This document shows, piece after piece, positions 11,401-23,400 of a stretch of DNA of 64,000 bases. The translations under genes were made by a program, and so were the position numbers. Position 1 is the stretch's first letter. Each line of letters begins with the position of its first letter. This stretch comes from Antedon mediterranea (Eukaryota > Animalia > Echinodermata), in contig NC_092680.1 of NCBI RefSeq assembly GCF_964355755.1, positions 16,377,045 through 16,441,044 of the forward strand, read 5' to 3'. The notes beneath the pieces were generated by a model. It made no database searches. It was given only the letters and a program-made list of their open reading frames with translations, and was not told the DNA's origin.

Positions 11401-14400
11401 TATGACAATTGTAAAGGGGGAAAGGGATTTTTTGATTGAAGCATTTATTTTGAAGAAGGTTGGATATTAGAGGTTGGATATTCGATTGTAAAAGTTATTG
11501 TGAATCTGTTGTTTAAAGTGCTTACTGGATTTTTGAAAGTTGAAGTTGATTTGCTTTGTTTTGAGTTATTTTACAACTTTGTGGATTTTTTGTGTATACC
11601 TTTATGTCACAAGGGAGTTCCTAAAGTATTTTCAACCGCTCGGAAACATACGTGAAGGGAGTTCGTGACATTCATCACAATTAAATGTAATTGGGCAGAC
11701 GTTTGCCCTACCCTGATTAACTGCACTTTATGGGTATGTACACTTGCGAAAAAATGTTCAAGGTGGAACTCAAACCCATTACCTCCAGATCACTAGACAA
11801 CCTACCATTACACTAAAGTAGGGCAAACCATTAATTAACTCTCTTATGCAAAACTACTTCACACTGTTCTAAGTAATTAAACAACTTTTCAAGCTTGTGA
11901 TAATATTTTAAGAATAACAAAATTGTAAATACAGTAGTTAATTAAATATGCCTAGCATTTTGTAACCTAACCCCCAAATTGATAACATGTTTATAAACAA
12001 AAAGCTTGCAACAGACCTTCCAGTCATTCTCAGTTTCTGTCATAAACTGAATACCATTATCAGGTCTACCGGTCATCTCAAAACAATGGGCATTAGCATG
12101 ACTTGACCAGCAATCATTTGGGTTAATGGCCAGTCCCTGTACAAGTAAAAATAAGATACTGCAATTAAAGTAACATCTTGTTTCAGGAACGAATCCGGGC
12201 GGTGATGTAAAAGTAGCTTTAAAGATGTATTGTCCCCCTGAACAAATCATTTTTAAAAATATTTTTGTTGAATAGGCCATTTTAATGATACATAAAAGTT
12301 ATTCACTTTGAAATAAAATTTGATCGAAAAAAAAAATTATTTACCTAAGAAAATCGTAATTTAAAGTAAAAAAATAGTCAACCGGAAGTCGGTTGGCTGG
12401 CAGCCAGCTGGCTTCCGGTTTAATTTAACCCTTGACCTGAATTAGCTTATGAATTATGCATATTGTATGATTCTTGGTGTGTGTGACGTGTGTATGTGAC
12501 CTCTAGGTCATCACAAAAAAAATACGACGTGATATGGCGAGACGACGATGTGGGAATGTTCCCCGATGGTTCTGTAGTTTAACAACAAAAAAACAACTCC
12601 TATCTTGAAGAAAAGACTATGGCTAAGCGAAGCCCTAGCAGATTGGTAAGTAAGAACTGTAGTTTCTATGGTTGCAGCTTTGTTAGTTAGTATAGGAAGC
12701 CTAGCTAGCCCATATTACAGCTGTGTACTGGCTAGTGTACTATCCCCTATCTATTGGCTAGGCTTAGTAGTACTAGAGTCTAGCCTAGCAGTAGTACTAG
12801 AGCCTAGGCCTAGTTGTAGGCCTGAGTGAGGGTTCAGCCTGAGTGAGTAGTAGGCCTAATACTAATAGATACAACTTGTAAGCCTTATTAATAGTTAGGA
12901 TTAGGCCAGTGGTGGCCCCAGCGGGGGGGGGGGGGTGTCTACGGGGGCTCTAGCCCCCTCGTCGGGGAGCCTAGCCCCCCCCCCCCCCGTCGGGAAACAC
13001 GGGTACTTTTTGTCGGGGAATATAATATACAGTAAAAAAACGTTCGCGTTCACTTCATACAGCTTCAGCGCCTAGAAAACCACGACGTTCCATTGACATT
13101 CATTATTGCCAGCGATCTAACTTACTACTAAACATTAGCTAGGTACGCACTTGTCTGGCGGTATCCCTTTGTACGAATCGTTCAACGTTGGGTCGAGACG
13201 CGTGATATCAAGTTCCATCCAGGGACCAAAATGTGTAATGTAGTTATTTTCCAGGCGAAGTTTACCGATGGTTACCGAAGGGAACACGGGTACTTTTTGT
13301 CGGGGAATATAATATACAGTAAAAAGCGTTCGCGTTCACTTCGTAGCTCTAGCTTCAGCGCCAAGAAAACCGCGACGTTTCATTGACCGTGAGAGTTCGT
13401 CAGAGTGATATTATGCACTTTATATGCATTCATTATTGCCAGCGATCTAACTTACTACTAAACAATAGCTAGGTTCGCACTTGTCTGGCGGTATCCCTTT
13501 GTACGAATCGTTCAACGTTGGGTCGAGACGCGTGATATCATGTTCCATTCAGGGACCAAAAAGTGTACTGATAGTTATTTTCCAGGCGAAGTTTACCGAC
13601 GGTTACGTCGTGTACTGCGTCGACGTACGCTACACACAGCAAAAACGAATTATGTTAATTGTTCGTATGTTCACCAATTTTTTAATTTACAAGTAACCTT
13701 CTGTACCGTGGGGCACCTAAAATAAATTTTTCATCCATTACTAAATAAAAAAACATGCCATTTTCGCTTAGCCAACATCTTATTATAGCTAAGTTATTAC
13801 ATTTTCAATGTCCTGTATGTCATGAATTTCTCACCACTCGGAAGTCCAGATGGTACGCACGCATACACTTGGGAGGAATAAACTTATTTCCCCGACTAAA
13901 AAAGGTCTACGCTTGCGTTTTTTAAGCCTCTAGGCCTGATGTTTCCAAAGTATAAAATGCAATTTTTTGAAGACCTGCAGCTCTAGTTTTAAACATTTTC
14001 TTAGCTCAGCCCCAACAATAAAGCTGGTCATATTTCGAAGTACAAGAAGTGCATTTTCCGGGACCTAACATCTCTATTTTTCAAACATTTCTTAGCTCAC
14101 AACCATGATAGGGACTTATATATTTTGTTTCATGTTTTGAAGTATAATAAGTCCAATTTCCGGGACCTCCAACTCTATTTTTCTAAATTTTCTTTGAACT
14201 TTTATTTTTTAAATTGAAAAATATGGATTGAAACAGTAATCGCGCATCGTTTTTTTGCACGCAGTATTTTATTTATGCATTATAAGAAATGGCTACCCTA
14301 AATCTGATTAAAATGACCTCAAATGACGCCAGAACGCGTTGCTTCCAGGGGCTTCGGCCCCTGGACCCCCACCGGGGGCCCTTGGCGGCCCCCTGGCCCC

Positions 14401-17400
14401 AGCCTAGTGATGCTCGCTTCGCTCGCATAGCCCCCTCGTCGGGGAATGTAGCCCCCGCATCGGGAAGATCCTGGCGCCACCCCTGGATTAGGCCTATAAC
14501 ATTCATCTGTGATCATGGAGTAAAGAATAAGGTTTTAGTAGTGTGAATTTTGACACCACCAACTCGTCTTATTTTTAGTATAATAAAATAATACTATAAT
14601 AATAGTCCTTTATCATTATTCATATCACTTTTCATTCATTTTTAAAACATTTAATTGTCTTTCCTATGTAGAGTTTGTGATTTAAAAAAATTATAGGGTG
14701 ATTGCATATGAGGTCAAAAGGTTATAAAAGTTGACCTCGCTACGCTCCAATGCTCCTGGTAGACAAACAACCTCCAGTTACTTTGCTCACACATGGTGTT
14801 TACACAGTGATTACGTGTATTATTTGCTCTTCAATTGTATATTATTTTTGAGTAATGCCAAGTTTCTGTACAGTGAAAGATTGGAGTGTTGACAAAGTGC
14901 GAGGCACGCGAGGCAAGCGAGGCAAGCGCGGCATGCCAAATATTTGTGCGAGGCATCATTTTATCATTTCCAAAAGTGCGAGGCATGCGAGGCATATAGT
15001 TTACAATTTCAAAAAGGTGCGAGGCATATCTTAACGTGCTATTATGATATATTATAGGCCTAATAATCAATCGATACAAGCGTATCTAAAAAGATTCGTG
15101 TATACACTCATCATGTTGTTTATTTTTATGTAACGATTGTTTTTTCATTCAAGTCATATCGTGTCAAATTTTACTTTTACAAAAGTGCCCAAACTACGGT
15201 TCAAAAATCTGAACGACAGTCTTCAACTTTCGATAAACAATAATTGTTATAGCGACACACTCATCAAATGACTGAAATGTTTGTTGGCATTTCGAGCGGG
15301 TTCACTCACATGTCTCTCGAACATAGCAGAGTGAAAATAATATTTTGTCACACCCCTGCGCCTAGATCCGGTAGACCCGAGAGATGGACAATCCCTCTTT
15401 ACTATTTAGCAGGTAGCGGAATGATTCAGCCCTCAGCTCAGAGGATTGTGGTGCATTCCCCTCCTATAGCACGTGGTTTCAGCAGCAACGCACAGACTTC
15501 TCTCTGAGCGGCGTGCCAAAGACATTTTTGACATTCCATTCTCTAGGAACAACACGTGTACCTCTCTCGCAAATAAGGTGAACAGCGATTGCCAGGACAA
15601 GTTCAATAACTGGCGGTGAATAAAAGGTAACTGATATGCCGATCCAATAACATGCCGCAAAGAAAAAAATTGCGACAGAATTCTGGAGCGCGTGTGAAAA
15701 AAGACTTACGTCCGACAATTGTAATACTAGGCCTAAAATTAAACTTTAGCTAATATGCTTAGCCCTAACCTAGATAAGAGGCCTATGTAGAAAATAATTT
15801 AATCAATTTTGATAAAATAATAATTGGTGTAATATTTAATAATGATACACTATTCCTGTTTTAGTAAGCTAGGTATATTACGAACGATTTTTATTTATTG
15901 TTGTCCATGTACGTACTAATAAACCTGGCGCTAGTTTCCTTCGCTTGTATTTTTACTCCAAATTTGATAACTAACTTTATCGTGTGAATACCACACCTTA
16001 GAAGTATACCTCATGAGTACTTTAATGAAAGAATCACATAAAAAGTAACAAATAAATCCTTAAATTAATGATTTTACAGGCGTGTTTCTCGCACACTGTT
16101 CGCGAATTTCACTTATTCAATGTTCAATATTTTTGTTTCTATGGAGCGCCAAAAGAGCAACGATAATAGAGGACTAAAACTCAGTGGAATGCGTCAATTT
16201 CTCATGCATTTATTGGTGAAAAACACGTTTTATTTCAATATATTTGTTAATTTGTCAATAAAAATGTTGTAATATGTTACTGCTGATACTGTTCTGTTTT
16301 CAAAGAATAATAATCGATCCTAAATCAACATCACTACCTAGTCTAGACCTAGGACATCCTACTAAGGATATTATGATGAATTTTTCTATTTTATTCTTTA
16401 AAAGGTTAACGAAACCGTGTACATTATCAACAGTAACATTTTTCCTTACTGACAGTGACAAAATCTATTGAAATTGTACTTGATTTTCACCAAATAATGC
16501 GTTAAATATAAATGGATTCCACAGAGTTTTTAGCCCTCTAATTAATTTTGCTCTTTTGGCGTTCCATAGAAACCAAAATATTGAACATTGAGTGTGCGAA
16601 ATGCGAGAAAAACAACGTCTGTAAAATCACCAATTTAATGGATTTATTGTTACTTTTATGTGATTTTTCTTCATTAAAGTAGGCCTACTAATTCTAAGCT
16701 GTGGTATTCAGGATAAAGCCTTGGTTAAATTACAAGGCAGGTGCAAAAGGAAACTAGCCTAGCGGGCCTAGGCTACTTCAATTTCGGTGATTTCCTGCCT
16801 TGCAATTTTGAGAAATGATAAAATGATGCCTCGCATTTTTTGATGATGGTAAAACGATGCCTCGCATAAATTTCTGACTTGCCTCGCATGCCTTCCCTGC
16901 CTCGCGTGCCTCGCTGCCTCGCACTTTGTTACTACCCGAAAGATTGTGGTATTCGTTCAAACAGAGATGTAGAAGTTTCTTTTTTTAGAATTCCTAAAGT
17001 TTTGAGGCTACATGCTATGGTGCTAAAAAGCAAGAAATAAAGGCCAAAAGGCAGAGGGTCTGGCTAGACAAAATGTTAACAAAATCGAAAATTATCGTGT
17101 ATGTTCTAAACATTTTATTGGAGGTATGTATTGATTTTCAACATTGTTGAGTATTGTATGTTAACCTAGACTATATTTATATACATATATTTGATATAGT
17201 TTCACACAATTTACATTGTTTATGAATAGGCCTATGCTATCTATAATTATGATGGAGGATGCATGTGCATTAAGGCTGGTTTCCTGTTGACGTAAGAAGT
17301 CAAATTTTGCAACGATTCTTGCGTTTCATACGCTTCTTACGTCTCTTACGAAAGTTGAGAAAAATTTAACGTCGTTGACCTTAGTCAAGATCGTGTCGGG

Positions 17401-20400
17401 CCGCAGAGAAACATCTGTAGTTATGCTGCTCCCGAAAGTTGAAATTTTGGCTGTGAAACACACGTACGTCGATTTTGTTACGAAAGTTGAAATTTTTTCT
17501 TACGTCGGTCAGATTTATGACGTATTTGAAACAACATCTCTGATTGGTGTTTCTTTTTAGAGCGGGTTTTATCATTTTTTTCGCGCGAAATGTTGAATGT
17601 TGTTATTGTACCTGTAGCTACTCAGCAGCAGTGTCAGTGCAGCACACCAACATATTATTTTCAGTAGATAGGCTAGGCCCTAGTATTAGTAAAATACTTA
17701 ATTAATACTGTACTAATAGGAATTGATTTGACCAAATAATCAAACTAGCCTAGGCTAGTATAGGCCTATGTATTATTTTGTATGAATCAAAATATGAATT
17801 AATTATCCTGGCCCTCTAGGCCTAGCTCTAAATAGTTTCAAAATTTTAAAAAGGCAAATCATTTCGAGATTCCTATTATTATTAAACCTATCTAGGCCCT
17901 AGGCTAGTCATTGGCCTATAGGCCTATAAGCATATCTAATCGAGCATGAGATAGTACTACCGCAGTAAGATACCCATTATTTACAGGCCTATATACAAAA
18001 TCAAGCAAACAATTTTTTTTAAAGTTACATAATATTATATTGCTTACAAAGGGGCTTTCTATATCTTATCTTGTTGCAAATGTTCATTTTCGCGACGCAA
18101 CAGAAGAATGTCGATTTCTTTGAAATGCTGATTGTTTATTTTGATATGAGTTGTAAACTCCCTGATTAGAACATTATTATATAGAAACTACTGTGCATTT
18201 GTAAAGTATGTATAACATTGTAAAGTGGGCTAAAATTATAGTAGTAAAAATACATATACAAATGTTATTGTCCGGCTTTCATTCACTATAAGGACATACA
18301 CATTACGTCATAACTCTTTTCGCTCATTGGTTGCTTGTTACGATTGCGCTTACGTCTCTTGCGAAAGTTGACTTCAAGTCAACTTTCGTAAGAAACGTGA
18401 CGCAAGGGCGTTCATTCAAGCGTAAGATAAAAAATTCCGGTTTCCTGTAAAATCGGAAGACAACGTCGTAACGCAACAATTGGTAGGTCATCGGTTTGCT
18501 GTAAAATCGTTTGTCGTTACCATTTTTCTTACGTTGCGTCGATTTTATAAATTTTTGATCGTAATCGGTTTTCTGTAAAATCTGCATTTCTTACGACAAA
18601 TCGACGTAGTCGCAACAAAAGTGATGTTCTTACGTCGACAGGAAACCAGCCTTTAATTAACTCAGCTGATACCATTCTGGGCCTTCATGCTGTGAATTGA
18701 TTACTATACCTTAGTTAATCATAGGTGGTTATGCATATCATAGGGATTAATAGAAGTCTGTACATCATACAGGGTGTTGTCAAAATGTATTTATAAACAC
18801 CGAATTGAATATTGTTTATTAAACCCAAAAATTGCTATATTACGTCTATATACTGTATTTAACATGTATACATATTTCTTTTTAGGCAAGCCTGCGCCAC
18901 TTCCAGAGCAAGCCCATCCTGATTGGGCTCCAACTCAAGACATGGGCAGGTTGGACCTGGGCAGGTTGGACCTGGATGATCACACCGCAAAACGTGATAA
19001 GGAGCGATGCGAAAGGTCACAAAAAAGAGAACTGGAAAAAAAGAAATGTATTGCTGTGGAAGGTTTGTTAGATCTCCAATTAGGTGAGGCTAATATGGAA
19101 GATGTTTCTCCTGTAGAACGAACGACTCAAACAGTAGAGTTTGGTGTTGATATGTCAACACAGACACATATGTGTTATGCTGACATAGATGTCTTACAGG
19201 CCCAGTCACATTCCTTGTTACAGGAGTCGCCAATAACAGAGTTAACTTTTAAAAATGACAATGAGCGAACTCATTTCTACACAGGGTTGCCTTCATTTGC
19301 AGTATTGATGTTGGTTTTTGAACTAGTTAAAAGCAGATTCCTGAGTAGAACATCAGTAAGTCGATTCCAGCAGTTACTAAATTTTGTACTGTTCAAACTT
19401 CGACTGAACCTTAGAGATCAGGACATTGCGTGCCGATTTCATATGTGACTCAACAGTGTCTCGAGTTTTTAATACGGGACTGGATGCCATGTCTGTGCTG
19501 AACAAGCTTATTGTATGGCCAGAAAGGGAGGTGTTGTGGAAAACCATGCCAATGCAATTTCGAATTGCATTGGAGTACAGTCGAAGGTAGCAGTAATAAT
19601 TGACTGTTTTGAGGTTTTTTGCGAGTGGCCCTCAAGTCTTGAAGCGAGGGCACAACTGTTTTCCAGCTACAAGCACAACAATACAGTAAAGTTTTTAATT
19701 GGCTGCACTCCATGCGGGTCAATTTCATATTTGTCTGCAGCATGGGGAGGCAGGGGTACAGATAAGACCATAACATTGACGTCAGATTTGTTTGATTATC
19801 TGCTCCCTGGGGATGTCATCCTTGCCGACCGAGGTTTTGACATAAAAGATGATGCTGGGTTTTATGGTTGCAAAGCAAAGATTCCTGCTTTTAAGAAGGG
19901 AAAACAACAGCTGTCTGCTCTTGAGGTGGAAACCACAAGAAAAATTGCTCATTTACGAATTCATGTGGAGAGGGTCATCGGTGGTGTCCGTCAAAAGTAC
20001 TCAATTTTAAGTTCAACATTACCAATTGAGTACATGACAACATACAGTACAGGCATACCTAAGGTTGACAAGATTGCCAGAACATGCTGTGCATTGTTTA
20101 ATTTATGTCCTGCCATTGTTAGAAGTGGTTGACTCGTTTAGTGTTCTAATGTTCAGATAAAAAGAAATAGCTTTTTATATGCAGCCTAACAATAACATGC
20201 ATTTTCATGTTTGAAGGTCTGAAGCCCTTATAATGAAGATGAAAAGCTTTGTTTATGAAATACTGTAATAAAAATAAAATTGAATTAAAAGTTTTGAATG
20301 GTCTATTTCTTTCTGTTAAATGACTTGTATTCTGTATATGTTGTATGTGTCAATTACACAATAAATGATACAATTTTCACTTTTACACATTTACAACAAT

Positions 20401-23400
20401 AGTATTTTATTTATACAAATACTTCACTTGACAAAAATACACACAAGTTTAGCAGCGGATTTAATATTTAATAAACAGCTTTGCCGCCTGCATTTACGAG
20501 GGCTTCGGACCTTCAGACAATGTCTGGCTGCATTACAAAGCTGTTTTTTTTTTTGTTTTTCCTTTTTTAATTTCCTGTACTTTAACAGCACTTTAGCTGC
20601 TTCCAGATTTCTTAACCTTCTTATTTGTTTTGCGGAAATCAGGGCAGAACCAAATCTTCGGACTGTACGTATCCTTTAGTTTCAGGCAACTGTGATGATA
20701 CCATTTAATTGGACAGCTTTTGTTGTCACACTTCAGCATAGACCCACTTGCTTACATCTCCTCTGAGTCTAACAACTTTAAAATCTGGTCTGTGTGGGGG
20801 ACAAAAAATGCCCATATCCGACTGAAATCCATTAGCAAATTGATTGTAAGCCTCTGTAGATTTGTAGGCTTGAAAATTTTCAGCTGTGTATGGGCTTGGC
20901 GTAGCGATTAAGTATGCCATGATATCCATCGATGTGAGGTCCGGCAGACTGTAGATTTCGTGCGAAAATTCATCTTTATCGATCAATTATGTGTCTTTAC
21001 CGATACCTGATATTTTCTGAAGATATCTTCGACGTTCAGTTGTTGATAAATTATCAGTTATTGCTGATAAAACAATGTTTGGCAACGACAACCTAGCGGT
21101 GCTGACTGCCATTGTCTATACGTAAACACACAGTAAACACACTGACCACGCTGTACTCGGAGTTTGTTTGTCTACCAGAAGCAACTCGAGCGGAAAATCA
21201 TTCCCCCGTGGCATTTTGAAGTCACCCTATACATAAGAAGAGCAGCGAAACTCAAAAAGCGAAAACTTGTGAATGGCTGCCAAAAATAAAAATAAGGTCA
21301 CCACCAGGGCCAGGAGATTATGGTGCTTGGTTTTTCCTTCATGATTAATTAGATTTTAATGCTAATATAAATTTGTGAAAATTGTAACTAGGCCTACACT
21401 GTACATCCAATAATGTAATTATTTAGAGAAAATGAATAATCTAAGTTAAATATTTTTTGGAATGAGTACTTTACAGTACTTAGTACCGTTATGTTAAAAA
21501 TTCTTCCAAAGCAATAACGTTCAAACCAACATTCACACAATTAAACTTTTTATGTACATATTTTAATAAAAAATTTCTTTCTTCTATATTAATAGGTATT
21601 AACACACTTGAATGAACAATATGAGCAAGTAGTGGAAAATGGTGAAGAAATCAACACAAAATGTGGTAGCAACATTCACAATATTTATTTGAACGTGTCT
21701 TACTATAACACTTTAAAATGGATGAACAATCACAGAAGACAAGCTATTGCTGTAATGCCACAATCAACACATCAATTAATAGTTGAAAATAAATTGTCAA
21801 CAATAATGCAGAAATTCAATGAAATATACTAGTAATTAACTAATTTTTTACTGTACTGTACTGTAAATCTGCACACATTAAAATTATGGAGATTTTATCT
21901 CATGTACTGTAGTAGTATTTTTTATTTATTTAATTCTGTTGCTATGTTTGCAAAATAATTTATACAAATGTTATTGCTCTAATTATGAAAAATATACAAC
22001 ATTTTAAAAGCTGGAAAACAACCAACACATTTGGCTAATTCTTTATGATAGTCATCCAATATTTATCTTGTGTTCCACTACCGAGTCTACTGCCAGTTGC
22101 CTTTATGCATTATGGATATAACCTCTGTTCCAGTCTTCATTAGCTTAGTCTATAAATTGAAAAACAATGATGTATAAATACAAAAGTCAAATAGAAAATT
22201 TAATTTTTTCACAATTTATTGCATACATGTAATTATTATTTCTGTACATGAATCTGAAGTTTTCAATTTGGGGTACTAATGTACAGTAAGGAATTCCTGA
22301 AAAGTGCATCTCCTCCCTCACAAAGGCCTAGTCTAATTACTAGTGTTTTCGTTTTGGTTGCTATCAACAACAATCTATTCTACCGTCAACTTCTTTGGTA
22401 CTGTATGCTGATCATTTTCCAAATGTTCATTTTTTGCCATCAGTTAGTCTTTTTTTTAGACTTTAAAATTAATTCGAGCTCCAAATGTATATCAATGGTA
22501 CATCAACATAGTAGGCCTATTTCCTGTAGCTAGTTGTGGAGTGATGGCTTAGCTTGGTGAGTACGATATATAGGACCTAGCTAGGCCTCAAAGTGGGTTC
22601 TGTCTGCCTACAGTCTGCTACACTACACAGTAGTAAACTACAGTACTGTACTAACTAGGCCTACTATAGGCCCTAGATAGTAGGCTTATATTATAGCCTA
22701 GATAGCTAAGCCTATAACTATACATAAAAAACGTCTAGTTTGCGATATACTGTATAACTATTATAGGAGGATGTGTCATTCATCTAAAATAGAATTCTAC
22801 TAACCAGCAAATTAACGGCAGAGCTTTTTACATCATACGATCAGGGAAACCCCAGCACTTTCTTCTGTTCGTCGCACATGCTTGTTTATGTGGTGAAGAT
22901 GACAGATCGGATCTCCCCTGTTTGGATGCTCATTAACATATCATGCATATTTATGAGCTGTTAGTTAACCATCGTTATTTAGAATTTCTGAGCTTATGAG
23001 TTCGAAAAAATGGTAAACTTATTTTGATTTTTTATAAGCGAAATCAATATTTTTTTCGGATTTTTTTTCGGCGAAAGTGAATAACTTTATTATAACTACA
23101 AAGTGGTCTATTCAAAATTTGATTTTTTTCATCTTTAATTTTCATGTTTTGTGGGACAATACAACTTTAAACCACTCTACAACTGTACTTTAATTGCTAT
23201 GTTACAGAAACCACAGGAGTAGCATATATGTTACAAAGGGAATTAATTAAAATTGTCATACACTGCTTTAAACATTGTTTAAAATGCATACAGTGGAAAC
23301 ACACATTTTGCTTGTGTAATGGCAGTGATTTGGCTTAGGTTTCAATGTGCAAGCATTCAATTCATTATGATTTGAGAAGTTATTGACCTTGTTTGCTGCT

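Larger units (their letters stand above)
14855..20132 (+). pseudogene. THAP + HTH + DDE_Tnp_4 (Harbinger/ISL2EU) transposase, 2 exons, disrupted
   Basis: Exon 1 reads MPSFCTVKD[2-kb insertion]CGIRSNRDVEVSFFRIPKV...YRVCSKHFIG, with a donor at ~17124. Exon 2 from 18886 reads GKPAPLPEQAHPDWAPT...IIDCFE...YKHNNTVKFLIG...WGGRGTDK...LADRGF...RIHVERVIG, with two frameshifts at ~19445 and ~19570. Confidence 0.9.
14695..21228 (+). mobile_element. ISL2EU-type (PIF/Harbinger-related) DNA transposon with two convergent genes, decayed
   Basis: AT|AGGGTGA...TCACCCT|AT termini with 2-bp AT TSD, and a shared subterminal ctggtagacaaacaa motif. THAP+DDE transposase on plus; accessory gene remnant on minus. 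Confidence 0.83.
12223..23166. mobile_element. Non-autonomous Kolobok-like element hosting nested insertions
   Basis: TIR AGATGTATTGTCCC / GGGACAATACAACT, TTAA at 12219-12222 and 23167-23170, purine-purine termini. Confidence 0.78.

Noticed and set aside
14273-14546. GC-rich overlapping ORFs
   Set aside because: They fall in the GC-rich hairpin-forming end of the hAT element.
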